Shown here in pieces: positions 40,311 to 49,400 of a stretch of 55,840 bases of DNA (the first letter of the stretch is position 1; each line of letters opens with the position of its first letter). This DNA is from Candidatus Woesearchaeota archaeon. GTDB lineage: Archaea > Nanobdellota > Nanobdellia > SCGC-AAA011-G17 > JACQNH01. Under the pieces are notes generated by a model. It was not told the origin of the DNA and did no database searches. It saw only the letters and a list, made by a program, of their open reading frames with translations. The DNA lies in the NCBI GenBank assembly GCA_023246445.1, contig JAHFIJ010000003.1, forward strand, positions 1 through 55,840. Direction: 5' to 3'. A program made the translations under genes and the position numbers.

Positions 40311-41369
40311 ATGCCAGAACAAAAAAATCAACATTATGTTCCAGAATTTTATCTTAAAAATTTTTCAGGGGATAATAAGAATTTGAATATATACGTGTTT
40401 AAAGACAAAAAGTTTATTTCAGGACCGATAAAACATCAATGTAGTAAATCATATTTTTATTCAAAGAATACAATTCTTGAAACTTTGCTATCTCAATTAG
40501 AATCCAGAGAAGCGTCAGCAATTAATAAATTAATAAAAGAAAAGAATTGGACTAATCTCAATTATGAAGATGATTACATAAGGGTTCTTGAATTTATCTC
40601 AATGATGCATGGTAGAACATTAACTAAGAAAAAAGAAATGGAAAAGATGGTAGAAGATTTCACAGAAAAAATCTTTAAGCCGATGTTTAGAGCAGACCCG
40701 TTAAGTAAAGACCTATCTGATGGGGATATAGCATCTATTAAAATGAAATGGCCTTACTTACATCTATTAGGGATTCAAGTGTGTCTTAAAGGTTGGATAT
40801 TGCTCTCAGATTTAATACCTGTTCTACTGATTAATAATACAGAAATTGAGTTTTGGATTTCAGACAATCCAATAGTATTCTATAATCGCGCTTTCCATCA
40901 TCTAAAAGGAGTGAGTATGTCAGGATATACTTGCTATGGGCTTCAAATATTTTGTCCAATCTCTCCCACACTTTGTTTATTGTTCTTCCATCTTCCTTAT
41001 TATGAAATAAGAATAGATAACTCACATAAGGTTGAATTATCAATTGAGGATGTGAAAGAGATTAATAAACTTCAATTTTTCGCAGGATTTAATTCCATAT
41101 TCTATAAGAATGACAATCAAAAATCACATGTTGAAAAAGCACATAATGAATTGGGAGGGATACCTGAAAAACCATATGTCAGTAGTAAGTTTGAAAAATT
41201 TACATCTGATTCTGGAGAAATTAAAGACATGTTCCATACTTCTGATGATAAAATTCCTTACCAGATCAATCTAAAGTTTATTAATCCAATAGAAATTGGT
41301 GCAGGCACAATCGGATTTATAAGAAATCGTGAACTCTACGAACTTTTTGAAAAGATACCTTTAAAATAA
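40311..41369 (+). CDS. DUF4238 family protein
   Basis: QHYVPEFYLKNF, FWISDNP, PISP motifs. Confidence 0.8.
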   Translation: MPEQKNQHYVPEFYLKNFSGDNKNLNIYVFKDKKFISGPIKHQCSKSYFYSKNTILETLLSQLESREASAINKLIKEKNWTNLNYEDDYIRVLEFISMMHGRTLTKKKEMEKMVEDFTEKIFKPMFRADPLSKDLSDGDIASIKMKWPYLHLLGIQVCLKGWILLSDLIPVLLINNTEIEFWISDNPIVFYNRAFHHLKGVSMSGYTCYGLQIFCPISPTLCLLFFHLPYYEIRIDNSHKVELSIEDVKEINKLQFFAGFNSIFYKNDNQKSHVEKAHNELGGIPEKPYVSSKFEKFTSDSGEIKDMFHTSDDKIPYQINLKFINPIEIGAGTIGFIRNRELYELFEKIPLK

Positions 41370-41384
41370 AATGTTTTCTCGCCT

Positions 41385-41433
41385 TGATTCTTGTCATCTA
41401 TTGCTCACTATGTTCGCCCGATAGAACGCCACT
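41385..41433 (+). repeat. Truncated copy of the cassette-downstream element
   Basis: TTCTTG...CTCACTATGTTCG..CGATAGAACG, shared with 15605-15616 and 25516-25550 (minus). Confidence 0.45.
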
Positions 41434-41467
41434 AAAAATTACTCTGTGATTTATTGGGATAAAGTTC

Positions 41468-41758
41468 TTGCAAAATTACCTAAATTTAGAAGAGAAAAAA
41501 AGAATTAAAAATAAAATCAAAGCGTATCATATTTTTTCTGAAAGAAGTGATTATTATGAAGCTTTTAAAAGGATGAAATTTACTGAAATTAGGGTGTTAA
41601 CTGCAATAACCCCTGTTGCGCTTGACATATTTGGAGATGATAAGGTTTTAATTTTAAATTATAAAGAACCTGCATCCTGTATTTTAATTTATGATGTTCA
41701 TACTGCAACATCTTTTAAACAATTTTTTGAACAATTATGGAAGATTGCTTTAAAATAG
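41468..41758 (+). pseudogene. C-terminal fragment of TrmB-like regulator
   Basis: IFGDDKVLIL...ATSFKQFFEQLWKIA; no N-terminus. Confidence 0.65.
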
Positions 41759-41769
41759 AAATCTTTAAA

Positions 41770-41809
41770 TATTATCATAATGGTGATATTTATTATCATA
41801 ATGGTGATA
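41770..41809 (+). promoter_or_regulatory. Tandem palindromic operator of MNT-HEPN operon
   Basis: Perfect 19-bp repeat TATTATCATAATGGTGATA x2 (21-bp period) right after TTTAAATA. Confidence 0.65.
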
Positions 41810-41819
41810 ATTTAATAAA

Positions 41820-42326
41820 ATGGGACTATTAAGAGTGCTAAAGGAAAACTTGAATGTAAGAAGAATATTTGGGAAGAGAGAACTAGTTATAATCCAAAAG
41901 CAGTTATTTGGAGTAAATTTAAAAGATTCGGAGCGCACAAGGCTTTCTAGGGACATAAGAAAGAAGTTTGAGGTTATAGAAGCACTTTTACTATTTAAGG
42001 AAGAGTTTAAGTTGAAAAAAGGTGCTGAAATTAATAGAATGATAAAAGAAGCCAAAGAGGTTATTTTTGAAAGTAGATTTTTTCCCCGTATTAAAAAAAT
42101 TTTGTTATTTGGTTCAGCTGTAGAGAATAAACTAGCATTAACTTCAGATATCGATATAGCAGTTGAATTTGACAGAATTTCTAGCGAAGAAGCTACAAAA
42201 TTTAGAAAGGAAGTTTTAGGGAAATTAAATGAAAAATTAGACATACAGGTTTATAATTCACTTCCTGACAAAATAAAAGAGGAAATCCGGGAAAAAAATG
42301 GAATATTATATGAAAGGAAGAATTAA
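41820..42326 (+). CDS. MNT antitoxin with N-terminal extension
   Basis: LLFGSAVE...SDIDIAV. Confidence 0.85.
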   Translation: MGLLRVLKENLNVRRIFGKRELVIIQKQLFGVNLKDSERTRLSRDIRKKFEVIEALLLFKEEFKLKKGAEINRMIKEAKEVIFESRFFPRIKKILLFGSAVENKLALTSDIDIAVEFDRISSEEATKFRKEVLGKLNEKLDIQVYNSLPDKIKEEIREKNGILYERKN

Positions 42327-42723
42327 AGACAAGATTGAAGAGATTGAAAATTACTTAAACGAACTTTCAAAGATAAAACCTGAAAATTTTGAATTATATA
42401 AAAAAGATTTTAAGACTAAAACTGCATGTGAAAGATATATTGAGAAAATTATTGAGGCTGTAGTTGATTTAGCTTTTCTGGTTATTAAAGATAAAGGCTT
42501 GGAACTGCCCGAAGATGATAACAAGGCATTTGAAACATTGGCTAAGGCAGATATAATTGATGAAATTTCAGTCAAAAAATTAATAGAAGCGAAGGGGATG
42601 AGGAATATAGTGGCACATCAGTATGGTCAAGTTGATGATAAAATAATATTTAATGCAGTTACAAAGGAAATTGAAGCCGATGTTAATGAGTTTATTATAC
42701 AGATAAAGAAGATTAATCCATGA
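42298..42723 (+). CDS. HEPN/DUF86 RNase toxin
   Basis: GMRNIVAHQY R-x4-H. Confidence 0.9.
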   Translation: MEYYMKGRIKDKIEEIENYLNELSKIKPENFELYKKDFKTKTACERYIEKIIEAVVDLAFLVIKDKGLELPEDDNKAFETLAKADIIDEISVKKLIEAKGMRNIVAHQYGQVDDKIIFNAVTKEIEADVNEFIIQIKKINP

Positions 42724-42766
42724 TTCAAAAGATTTATATACATAATATTATGTATCAATATACATA

Positions 42767-43342
42767 ATGGAAACAGAGAACAAGATAATTAAGTTATTTA
42801 TTGAAGAAAAAAATCCAAAGACAATTAGGGAAATCTCAAAGAAAATTAAATCAGATTACAGGATAACCCATATTGCAACCCAGAGATTAATAGGTAGGGG
42901 GATTCTTCTCTACAAGAGAGTTGGCAAAAGTAGTTTATGCGAGTTGAATAATTTATATTACGGTCTTGAAATCTACGAAGCCGAAAGTAAAAGAAAAGAG
43001 AATCTGCTGAAAAATAAAGATTTTAAGCAATTATATAATGAGATCATGAGCAAGGTAAAATCAAGTTTATTTGTTTTTATTATTTTTGGTTCATGGGCTA
43101 AAGGCAAACCAACAATATCTTCGGATATTGATATTATATTTATCTCAAATGAACAGGGATTTGAAGAACGAATTTCAAACATTCTTTCTTTATTACCAAT
43201 AAAAACTCATACTTTGGTATTTTCAGAAGAAGAATTTATAAGAATGAAAGATTCTAAAAAATCAAATGTAGTCAAAGAAGCTATTGAAAATAATGTTATA
43301 TTATATGGAGTGGAAACTTATTATAGGTTGAAAAATGCTTAG
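42767..43342 (+). CDS. wHTH-MNT nucleotidyltransferase
   Basis: TIREISKKI HTH; IFGSWAKG...SDIDII; upstream palindrome ATACATAATATTATGTAT. Confidence 0.85.
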   Translation: METENKIIKLFIEEKNPKTIREISKKIKSDYRITHIATQRLIGRGILLYKRVGKSSLCELNNLYYGLEIYEAESKRKENLLKNKDFKQLYNEIMSKVKSSLFVFIIFGSWAKGKPTISSDIDIIFISNEQGFEERISNILSLLPIKTHTLVFSEEEFIRMKDSKKSNVVKEAIENNVILYGVETYYRLKNA

Positions 43343-43871
43343 TGATAAAAGGATAAAGGAAGCCGAATCAAATGTAAAGCGATATTTAGCTGAAGGTTTG
43401 TTAAAGAAACAAACAACCGAAACTGCTAAAGAGATGTATATTGAAAATAGTGATGTATCATTAGAAACAGCTCAGAAATTAGTATCTCTGGAAACTCAAA
43501 CTTACCAACCTTTTCTTTGAATAATTGTTTCTTCTTATTATGCCATGTATTACATTGCAAATGCAGTCTTACTTAAAATTGGTTATAAAGTGGGGGATAA
43601 AATAAGCCACAAAGTAACAGCAGATGCACTAATTGTCTTTGCAAGAGACAAACTTAAGAAAGAGCTTATTGAAAAATATGAAGATGTTAAGCAAGATGCG
43701 CTGGATCTTATGGCATCTAAAGCAGATTCTTTATTAGAATCTCTTGATTTTGAAAGAGAAAAACGTTCAAAATTTCAATACCAAATGGATGAAAGGGTTA
43801 AGAAATCAAAGTCTTTAACTTCATTAGAAAGAGCCAAACAATTTGTGTTTGAATTGAAAAAATTACTATAA
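43335..43871 (+). pseudogene. HEPN protein interrupted by in-frame TGA (43518-43520)
   Basis: QPFL*IIVSSYYAMYY aligns to DWVIIVSYYAMY of the 16491 paralog; both ORF pieces are in the same frame. Confidence 0.85.
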
Positions 43872-44046
43872 ATTTCTTGCTTGCTTCCACATATAAAAGC
43901 TAGCTGCATTCTGCTGTAGCATATTAACAATTTTCCAGCCATTTTTTCATCCAGCGGATTTTTTTAGCTACAATTGGCCGTAGCAAAGGAGGCGATAGCC
44001 AGATTTTCAGAACATCGAGTGCTATAATATTTATAGAAAGAGGCTT

Positions 44047-44064
44047 GGGGCTGTCCAAAAAGTC
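44047..44064 (+). mobile_element. Possible solitary IS terminal inverted repeat
   Basis: GGGGCTGTCCAAAAAGTC resembles IS5/IS1182-type ends; no partner end found. Confidence 0.3.
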
Positions 44065-44296
44065 ATTATATTTTCTGAGTAAAAGTATATACTACAGAAC
44101 AATATTATCTATATACTTGTAGCCCTTAAACAACTGGGATATACACCTCCTAAACCCTAAGAGATTCCCGAAGAAGACAAAGAGAGAGCCGATGATGAAG
44201 AAGTGTACTGGAAAAATGAGAGAGTCCGAGTAAGGGGGGAAAAATTCGTGAATAGAAGGATAATGCGGTATAGACCTAAGAAAAGAGGGCATTAAA

Positions 44297-45214
44297 ATGA
44301 TTGAAGAAAATTTTGAAAAAGGAAAAAAAGCTGAAAAGATAGTTAAACAAATGTTTAAGGAAGCAGGTTTCAAGGTTAAAAAATCAGGTTATGAGAATAC
44401 TTTCGGAGATCTTGCAGACAAAGATAATCTAATACAAGGTCCTGCTGCCAAATATATCAGGCATTATCCTGATTTTATAGTCGTAGACCCATCTAACAAT
44501 GCGTATCTAATAGAAGTAAAATATAGAAGATTTGGCGAAATAAAACAAGGAGACATGTTCAATTTCCCAGAAACACAGGTTATACTGCTAACAAAAGATT
44601 CTATGCATTGCCAATCGCTTAAGCAGATTCATAAAGGTGGCAAAAAGTTTTTATCATTAGATGCTCTAAAGCCCTTCTCAGACATCCCTCTTGGAATAAG
44701 AGAGAAATACATCAAAAAGATGAGGAGATGGTTAGGAGATGAAAATATAATCGGCCAGTTAATAGAAAATATCTCTGAAAAGATAGTTGGCAAGAACTTT
44801 AAGCAACCATATACCCCGGGTGGAATCAGATTCAAATACACCTATATCGAATCTTATAATCCTGAAGGAGATTCTTATGAGAATACAGGAGATAGAGAGA
44901 TTATAAGCAACAGACATGAAGCTGAAATCACCTCCAATGACAAAAAGCAGTGGAGTGAACATGAAACAAGCCTGCTGAAGGATTATTATAACACTGGAAT
45001 GGCGATTAATGATATTGCTGGGAATCTTGGCAGAAAAAGAGAAGCAGTAATATTCAGATTAGCTAGGCTGGGTCTAATAAACATGAGGCAAGCCGTGGGA
45101 TTGGTAAGAGGAAGAAACCAAGGCCATCATCATGGTAGACTAGGTAGAGGAAACAGGAGAGCACAAAGAAACAGATGGAAACAAAGACAGAGACATAAAA
45201 AGAGAAGGCGATGA
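44297..45214 (+). CDS. PD-(D/E)XK nuclease-like protein with HTH and Arg-rich tail
   Basis: GKKAE, PDFIV...IEVKY; WSEHE...IAGNLGRK...RL. Confidence 0.75.
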   Translation: MIEENFEKGKKAEKIVKQMFKEAGFKVKKSGYENTFGDLADKDNLIQGPAAKYIRHYPDFIVVDPSNNAYLIEVKYRRFGEIKQGDMFNFPETQVILLTKDSMHCQSLKQIHKGGKKFLSLDALKPFSDIPLGIREKYIKKMRRWLGDENIIGQLIENISEKIVGKNFKQPYTPGGIRFKYTYIESYNPEGDSYENTGDREIISNRHEAEITSNDKKQWSEHETSLLKDYYNTGMAINDIAGNLGRKREAVIFRLARLGLINMRQAVGLVRGRNQGHHHGRLGRGNRRAQRNRWKQRQRHKKRRR

Positions 45215-45420
45215 CTAAGTTAATTGATAACCTTAAAATGCGATGGAATAAATTAAAATTATTTCATAAGATATTATCTATTTGTTTTCTTTCTTCTATT
45301 TTTATTATTTTAATTCTGATCTCTTTCAACATATTAAAACCAGTATATGTTTTATGGATTCTATTCTCGATATTTATTATAGTATTAATGATATGGGGTA
45401 AAAAGGGGCTAAGGTTTTGA
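45211..45420 (+). CDS. Small 2-TM protein
   Basis: 69 aa; ATGA overlap with upstream gene. Confidence 0.6.
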   Translation: MTKLIDNLKMRWNKLKLFHKILSICFLSSIFIILILISFNILKPVYVLWILFSIFIIVLMIWGKKGLRF

Positions 45421-45424
45421 GTGT

Positions 45425-45535
45425 GCCTCTTGACTATTGTCCTTTACGTATCGCTTCGCTTTAAAGAATAGACGACGGTGTGCCACTGCGTCATAACTTT
45501 GCGGACGTAATTTTAACAGCAGACGCCGCCCCATA
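45425..45535 (+). repeat. Copy of the cassette-downstream element
   Basis: GTATCGCTTCGCT (45448-60) identical to 25533-45 minus; ATAGACGACG; TGCGTCATA shared with the 26.3 kb element. Confidence 0.5.
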
Positions 45536-45745
45536 ATTATTTTTAAAACAACATTTTAACGAGAAAAAATATTTTTAACATCCTTGGGTTGCTCTCAATC
45601 TCCAAATCTTCTGTAGATTATGTGCTATGCTCGCCAAATTCATTTCAATTCTTACGTTTTCAAGACCCTTGAGCAGATATGGAAAATTGCTAAAGATTAA
45701 TCAATGATTCAGAAGATTTTTAAGATGGAATTTTAGTGAAATTTT

Positions 45746-46168
45746 ATGGGAAGAGCTTTTGATTTAAATTCGTTGACTAGATTGGTTCCTCAATTAGGAA
45801 ATTGTTTGGAATTAAACACTAAGAAACAAAAAGAACCATTTAGTGGGGCTTATTTGGATAGAACAGACCAGACAGAAGATTGGAGGTATAATCAGGCAGG
45901 AATTTTGATTCCAATAAAAGAAAGTATAAAACTTGGTTTAGAAGTCTATAAACAAGGATTAGTTACTAAAATAAGCATTCAGCCTTCTTTTGGAGCAAAA
46001 AGAGTTGTTCGTTTAGGGGCTATACCGAGACGACCTTTGGTTCTATTTAATGAAACGAATTTAAATGAATTAGTTTATGATATTAAAGAGGGGGAAGAAT
46101 TAATTTTAGGCACTAATCTTGAAGAGATGGGGTTGAGATTCAGAGTTTATCCTCTTAAAATAAATTAA
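45746..46168 (+). CDS. Hypothetical protein
   Basis: 140-aa ORF with TATA-like TTTTTAAG upstream. Confidence 0.6.
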   Translation: MGRAFDLNSLTRLVPQLGNCLELNTKKQKEPFSGAYLDRTDQTEDWRYNQAGILIPIKESIKLGLEVYKQGLVTKISIQPSFGAKRVVRLGAIPRRPLVLFNETNLNELVYDIKEGEELILGTNLEEMGLRFRVYPLKIN

Positions 46169-47262
46169 ATTTCATATCTTAACAAAGCAGCTACTTTTCC
46201 CAAATCCCTTAGCTGCTGGCCTTCTTTTGTATCCACAGATATTATTTTAATTTCTGTTGACATTTGCTCTGCTAAAGCTTCCAATTCTAATATTTTATTT
46301 TCTTCCAAAGTTTCTGATATTAATAATGTTGAAACTGCACCCATTTCCAAGGCTTTTTTTACTTTCTCATAACCATAAGAGGTTTTATTTTGTTCTTTTG
46401 CTAAAGCCTGAAAAAATTTCTCCATAATTTTCTTTTCTTCTATTATGTGTTCTTTTGCTAGAGTAGACTGTGCTTTGTCAATTAAATGATGCAATCCAGT
46501 TTCATCTGTGTAAGTAATATCTTCTATGGCTTTAACCTTGTCTTTTAATTCCCTATTGATATAATCTGCTTCATAGAATTCTGTTTTTGTCATTCCAGGC
46601 CCACCAATAATTATTCCTTTGATATTCGTTTTTAACGGCAGTAATTCTGTGTTTACTATATTTCCAATCTTAACAAAAAATTCCTTAGCTGCTTCTTCCC
46701 TTAATCTCTGGAAACGTGCTGAACTTTGCCCTCCTGCTTTGAATTTGCCAGGAACAAAAGAAGTCAAATGCTGCAATACATCTATTCTAGTCCCCCTCAA
46801 AATTCCTAAAGTTGCTTCTCTTTTGTCCATTACTAATAAACCATAAATTTCTTTAATATCCAACATTTCTTTTAATGGTTCAATAACGAAAGTTTGATCA
46901 CATCTGTATAACCTAATCTGTATTGGCTCTGGCGGCTCTAGGGAATAGGCTTCAACTTGTGTTTTACTCGGATTATCTGAAACATTTCCGGAAAAAACTG
47001 CTAAACCATGCTCGGGTGTTCTTTTATATAATCTTAAATGGCGGATCATCTTGTCAATGCTTTCTATAACATGGGTTCTTGTATTTTTGTCTTTTATATT
47101 TGCTGCTGTAGACTGTTCCTGATCTAATTGTTGAACTACTTTATTAATATCGAAACCAGCCGGAATATAAACTGAAACTAATTCAGTATGCCTTCCACGA
47201 ATTTTACTTATGTCATTAATAAATTTTCTTAATTTTTGTTTTTGAGATGTGTTTAATACCAT
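46165..47262 (-). CDS. prf1: Peptide chain release factor aRF1
   Basis: GRHTELVSVYIP, NIKD, YRCDQTF, GGQS. Confidence 0.96.
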   Translation of the reverse strand: MVLNTSQKQKLRKFINDISKIRGRHTELVSVYIPAGFDINKVVQQLDQEQSTAANIKDKNTRTHVIESIDKMIRHLRLYKRTPEHGLAVFSGNVSDNPSKTQVEAYSLEPPEPIQIRLYRCDQTFVIEPLKEMLDIKEIYGLLVMDKREATLGILRGTRIDVLQHLTSFVPGKFKAGGQSSARFQRLREEAAKEFFVKIGNIVNTELLPLKTNIKGIIIGGPGMTKTEFYEADYINRELKDKVKAIEDITYTDETGLHHLIDKAQSTLAKEHIIEEKKIMEKFFQALAKEQNKTSYGYEKVKKALEMGAVSTLLISETLEENKILELEALAEQMSTEIKIISVDTKEGQQLRDLGKVAALLRYEI

Positions 47263-47333
47263 TTTTATTTTGTTATAATGGGGGTTTAAAAATTATTCTA
47301 GAGATATATTTTAAAGCAGTCTTTTAAGCATTA

Positions 47334-48108
47334 GTAACTACTTAATAATGGTTAATATTAGAAAGGTTTAAAATATAGTAAAGCCTACATATAATTTTAT
47401 GATAACAATTGATAATTTGACCTGGATTCCTGAAGATAAAAGAAGAAATAAAAAAATCACAACAGGTTAATGCTGATGAAACAGGGAATAAGATAAATGG
47501 AAATAATGTATGGGGCTGGGTTTTTATTACGCTCGCTTCAGTGTTACACTTGATAAGCGATACAAGAGGGCAAAAAACAATAAAGGAAAGTTAGGGTGTG
47601 ATGGGTGGACTTCGTATCCCAAATGCGTAAAGATATTACAAAGGTGTTGGGCCCATTTGTTAAGAGAAGCCAAATGGTATGCAGAAAAATATGAAGGGCA
47701 GTCAAGATTAATTTACAAATGGCTGTGTGAGATATTTGTAAGAGTAAGAAAAGCAAAAGTCTATACAAAAACAGGCTTAACAAGAACCTACAATTGGGGC
47801 ATCAAACAAATGCAAAGGTGTATTAACATTTGCAAAGGCTATACAGAACTTAGGAAATTTGCAAATAAAATAGAGAATGGATTGGAGCACTGGTTTACCT
47901 GCTTGTTGTATCCTGAGATAGAACCAACAAATAATAAAGCGAAAAGAGCAATAAGAGAGATAGTAATACAAAGGAAAATAAGCAAGTTAAGAACAGAAAA
48001 AGGTACAATGGTAATGGGGATCATAATGTCAGTATTAGCCACATGGAGATTAAGAGGGCTAAATACATATAGCTTACTTAGGCAAACCCTAAGTAGCTAA
48101 CCAGTTAC
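47334..48108 (+). mobile_element. Internally deleted IS66-family element
   Basis: Ends GTAACTACTTA / TAACCAGTTAC; frameshifted transposase VNADETG...WGWVF, CDGW, QRCWAHLLR, PTNN.A.RAIR, all on the plus strand. Confidence 0.85.
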
Positions 48109-48151
48109 CTCTAAATGAATTAATACGTTTCCAGGCTTTTTAGTCAATAAA

Positions 48152-48652
48152 TTATTTAATAGCATTTTGAGTATTAGGGAAATCCTCCCTTATCTCTTTT
48201 TTTTGTATTGCCTTTGCATAAATGTTTAGAAAATCTATTGTTCCAGGTAAACAATCTTCGTCTTTTGGAGCTTCATTTACTTTAAACCATTTTATTTCAC
48301 TAACTCCATGATCCTTAAGAAGCATCTTCCCCCCCAATACGCTACAAACATAGCATATCAAAATTTGTTGAGCCTCTCTTTCTGGAGATTCCCATTTTGA
48401 TGAGAGTAGTTTTGGCAGAACATATTCTACTTTAATATCGTAACCAGATTCCTCTTTTGCTTCCCTTTCTGCAGTTTGCTCTGGAGACTCGCCAAAATCT
48501 ATTTTTCCTCCTGGGAATTCCCATTTATTGTGAGCTTGCTTCATTTCCTTTTTATTCCTTTTAACAAACAAGACTTCACCTTTTTCATTTACAACAAGAC
48601 TTTTAACTATTATAAACTGCTTTCTTATCTTCTCTGGTTTTTTGTCTATCAT
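48152..48652 (-). CDS. NUDIX hydrolase
   Basis: WEFPGGKIDFGESPEQTAEREAKEESG Nudix box. Confidence 0.92.
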   Translation of the reverse strand: MIDKKPEKIRKQFIIVKSLVVNEKGEVLFVKRNKKEMKQAHNKWEFPGGKIDFGESPEQTAEREAKEESGYDIKVEYVLPKLLSSKWESPEREAQQILICYVCSVLGGKMLLKDHGVSEIKWFKVNEAPKDEDCLPGTIDFLNIYAKAIQKKEIREDFPNTQNAIK

Positions 48653-49057
48653 CTTATCCTCCTGAGTATCAATTCAACTGTACGATTTATACCTGTGTTG
48701 TTAATTACTAGTCCGGATATTAATAAATCTTTGCCATACTGTTCAAAATAGTGCCTACTTAATTCAAGTTCTAGGTGAACTAATCCTCTGTCCCAATATT
48801 TATCCGCCTTGCTCTCGCATCTTCTCTTGAAAAGTGTTTCTTCGTCAAGATCTAATAAAATTAAGTCTATTGATTTCAATTTTTGCTTTATGAACTCTTC
48901 GATAAGAAGATGTATCAAAGAATCTATCTTTATGTTGTATGCAGTATGCGCAGTCCAATGGACATCCAAAACTAAGATTTATTGCCATCCAACTTTTCAT
49001 CTGCGTAGCTATCTGAAATTCATTGGAATAATTATAAGATTTTTCTTGGGATTCCAT
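48649..49057 (-). pseudogene. Deletion chimera: radical SAM N-terminus joined out of frame to NMP-kinase-like C-terminus
   Basis: INLSFGCPLDCAYC in 48845..49057; LILLDLDEETLFKRR...INNT in 48649..48969. Confidence 0.55.
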
Positions 49058-49400
49058 AAGAGTTCAATCAACTCCAGTTAAAATTAGCCCGTCCAATATA
49101 TAAAACCTGCGTTTTGACATTTCTCTAGAGTGGCTACAGAACACCTCTCTGTTAGTCAAAATTCTAAACACTGCAACAAACGATAAAGAATTGTTTAACC
49201 CTCTTTAATTTGCCAAAAGAAATAAAGATAGATACCCACCGAACTTCCACCTTACTAGTAGAAACATTTATAAATTACTTCAAGTTTACTTAAAGTTACT
49301 TAAAGTTACTAAAAAGAGTTGATAGTAAAAATGGATAAAGAAAAATTAGTTCAAATAATAAAGGATATCCTGAAGAGAATCCAAAATTATTGAGTGTTGC

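Noticed and set aside
44090-44295. Minus-strand 93-aa ORF and plus-strand stop-interrupted remnant
   Set aside because: No family recognisable; probably a decayed gene end upstream of the nuclease.
43518-47262. TGA-to-Trp recoding, suggested by the in-frame TGA and the aRF1 NIKD motif
   Set aside because: Many genes end at TGA at the expected length (metK 29537; ATGA overlaps at 2270, 16509, 18619, 45214) and Trp is otherwise TGG.
47510-48100. ORF track strand label '-' for the IS66 transposase fragment
   Set aside because: ATG GGG CTG GGT TTT at 47510 reads MGLGF on the plus strand; annotated as plus.
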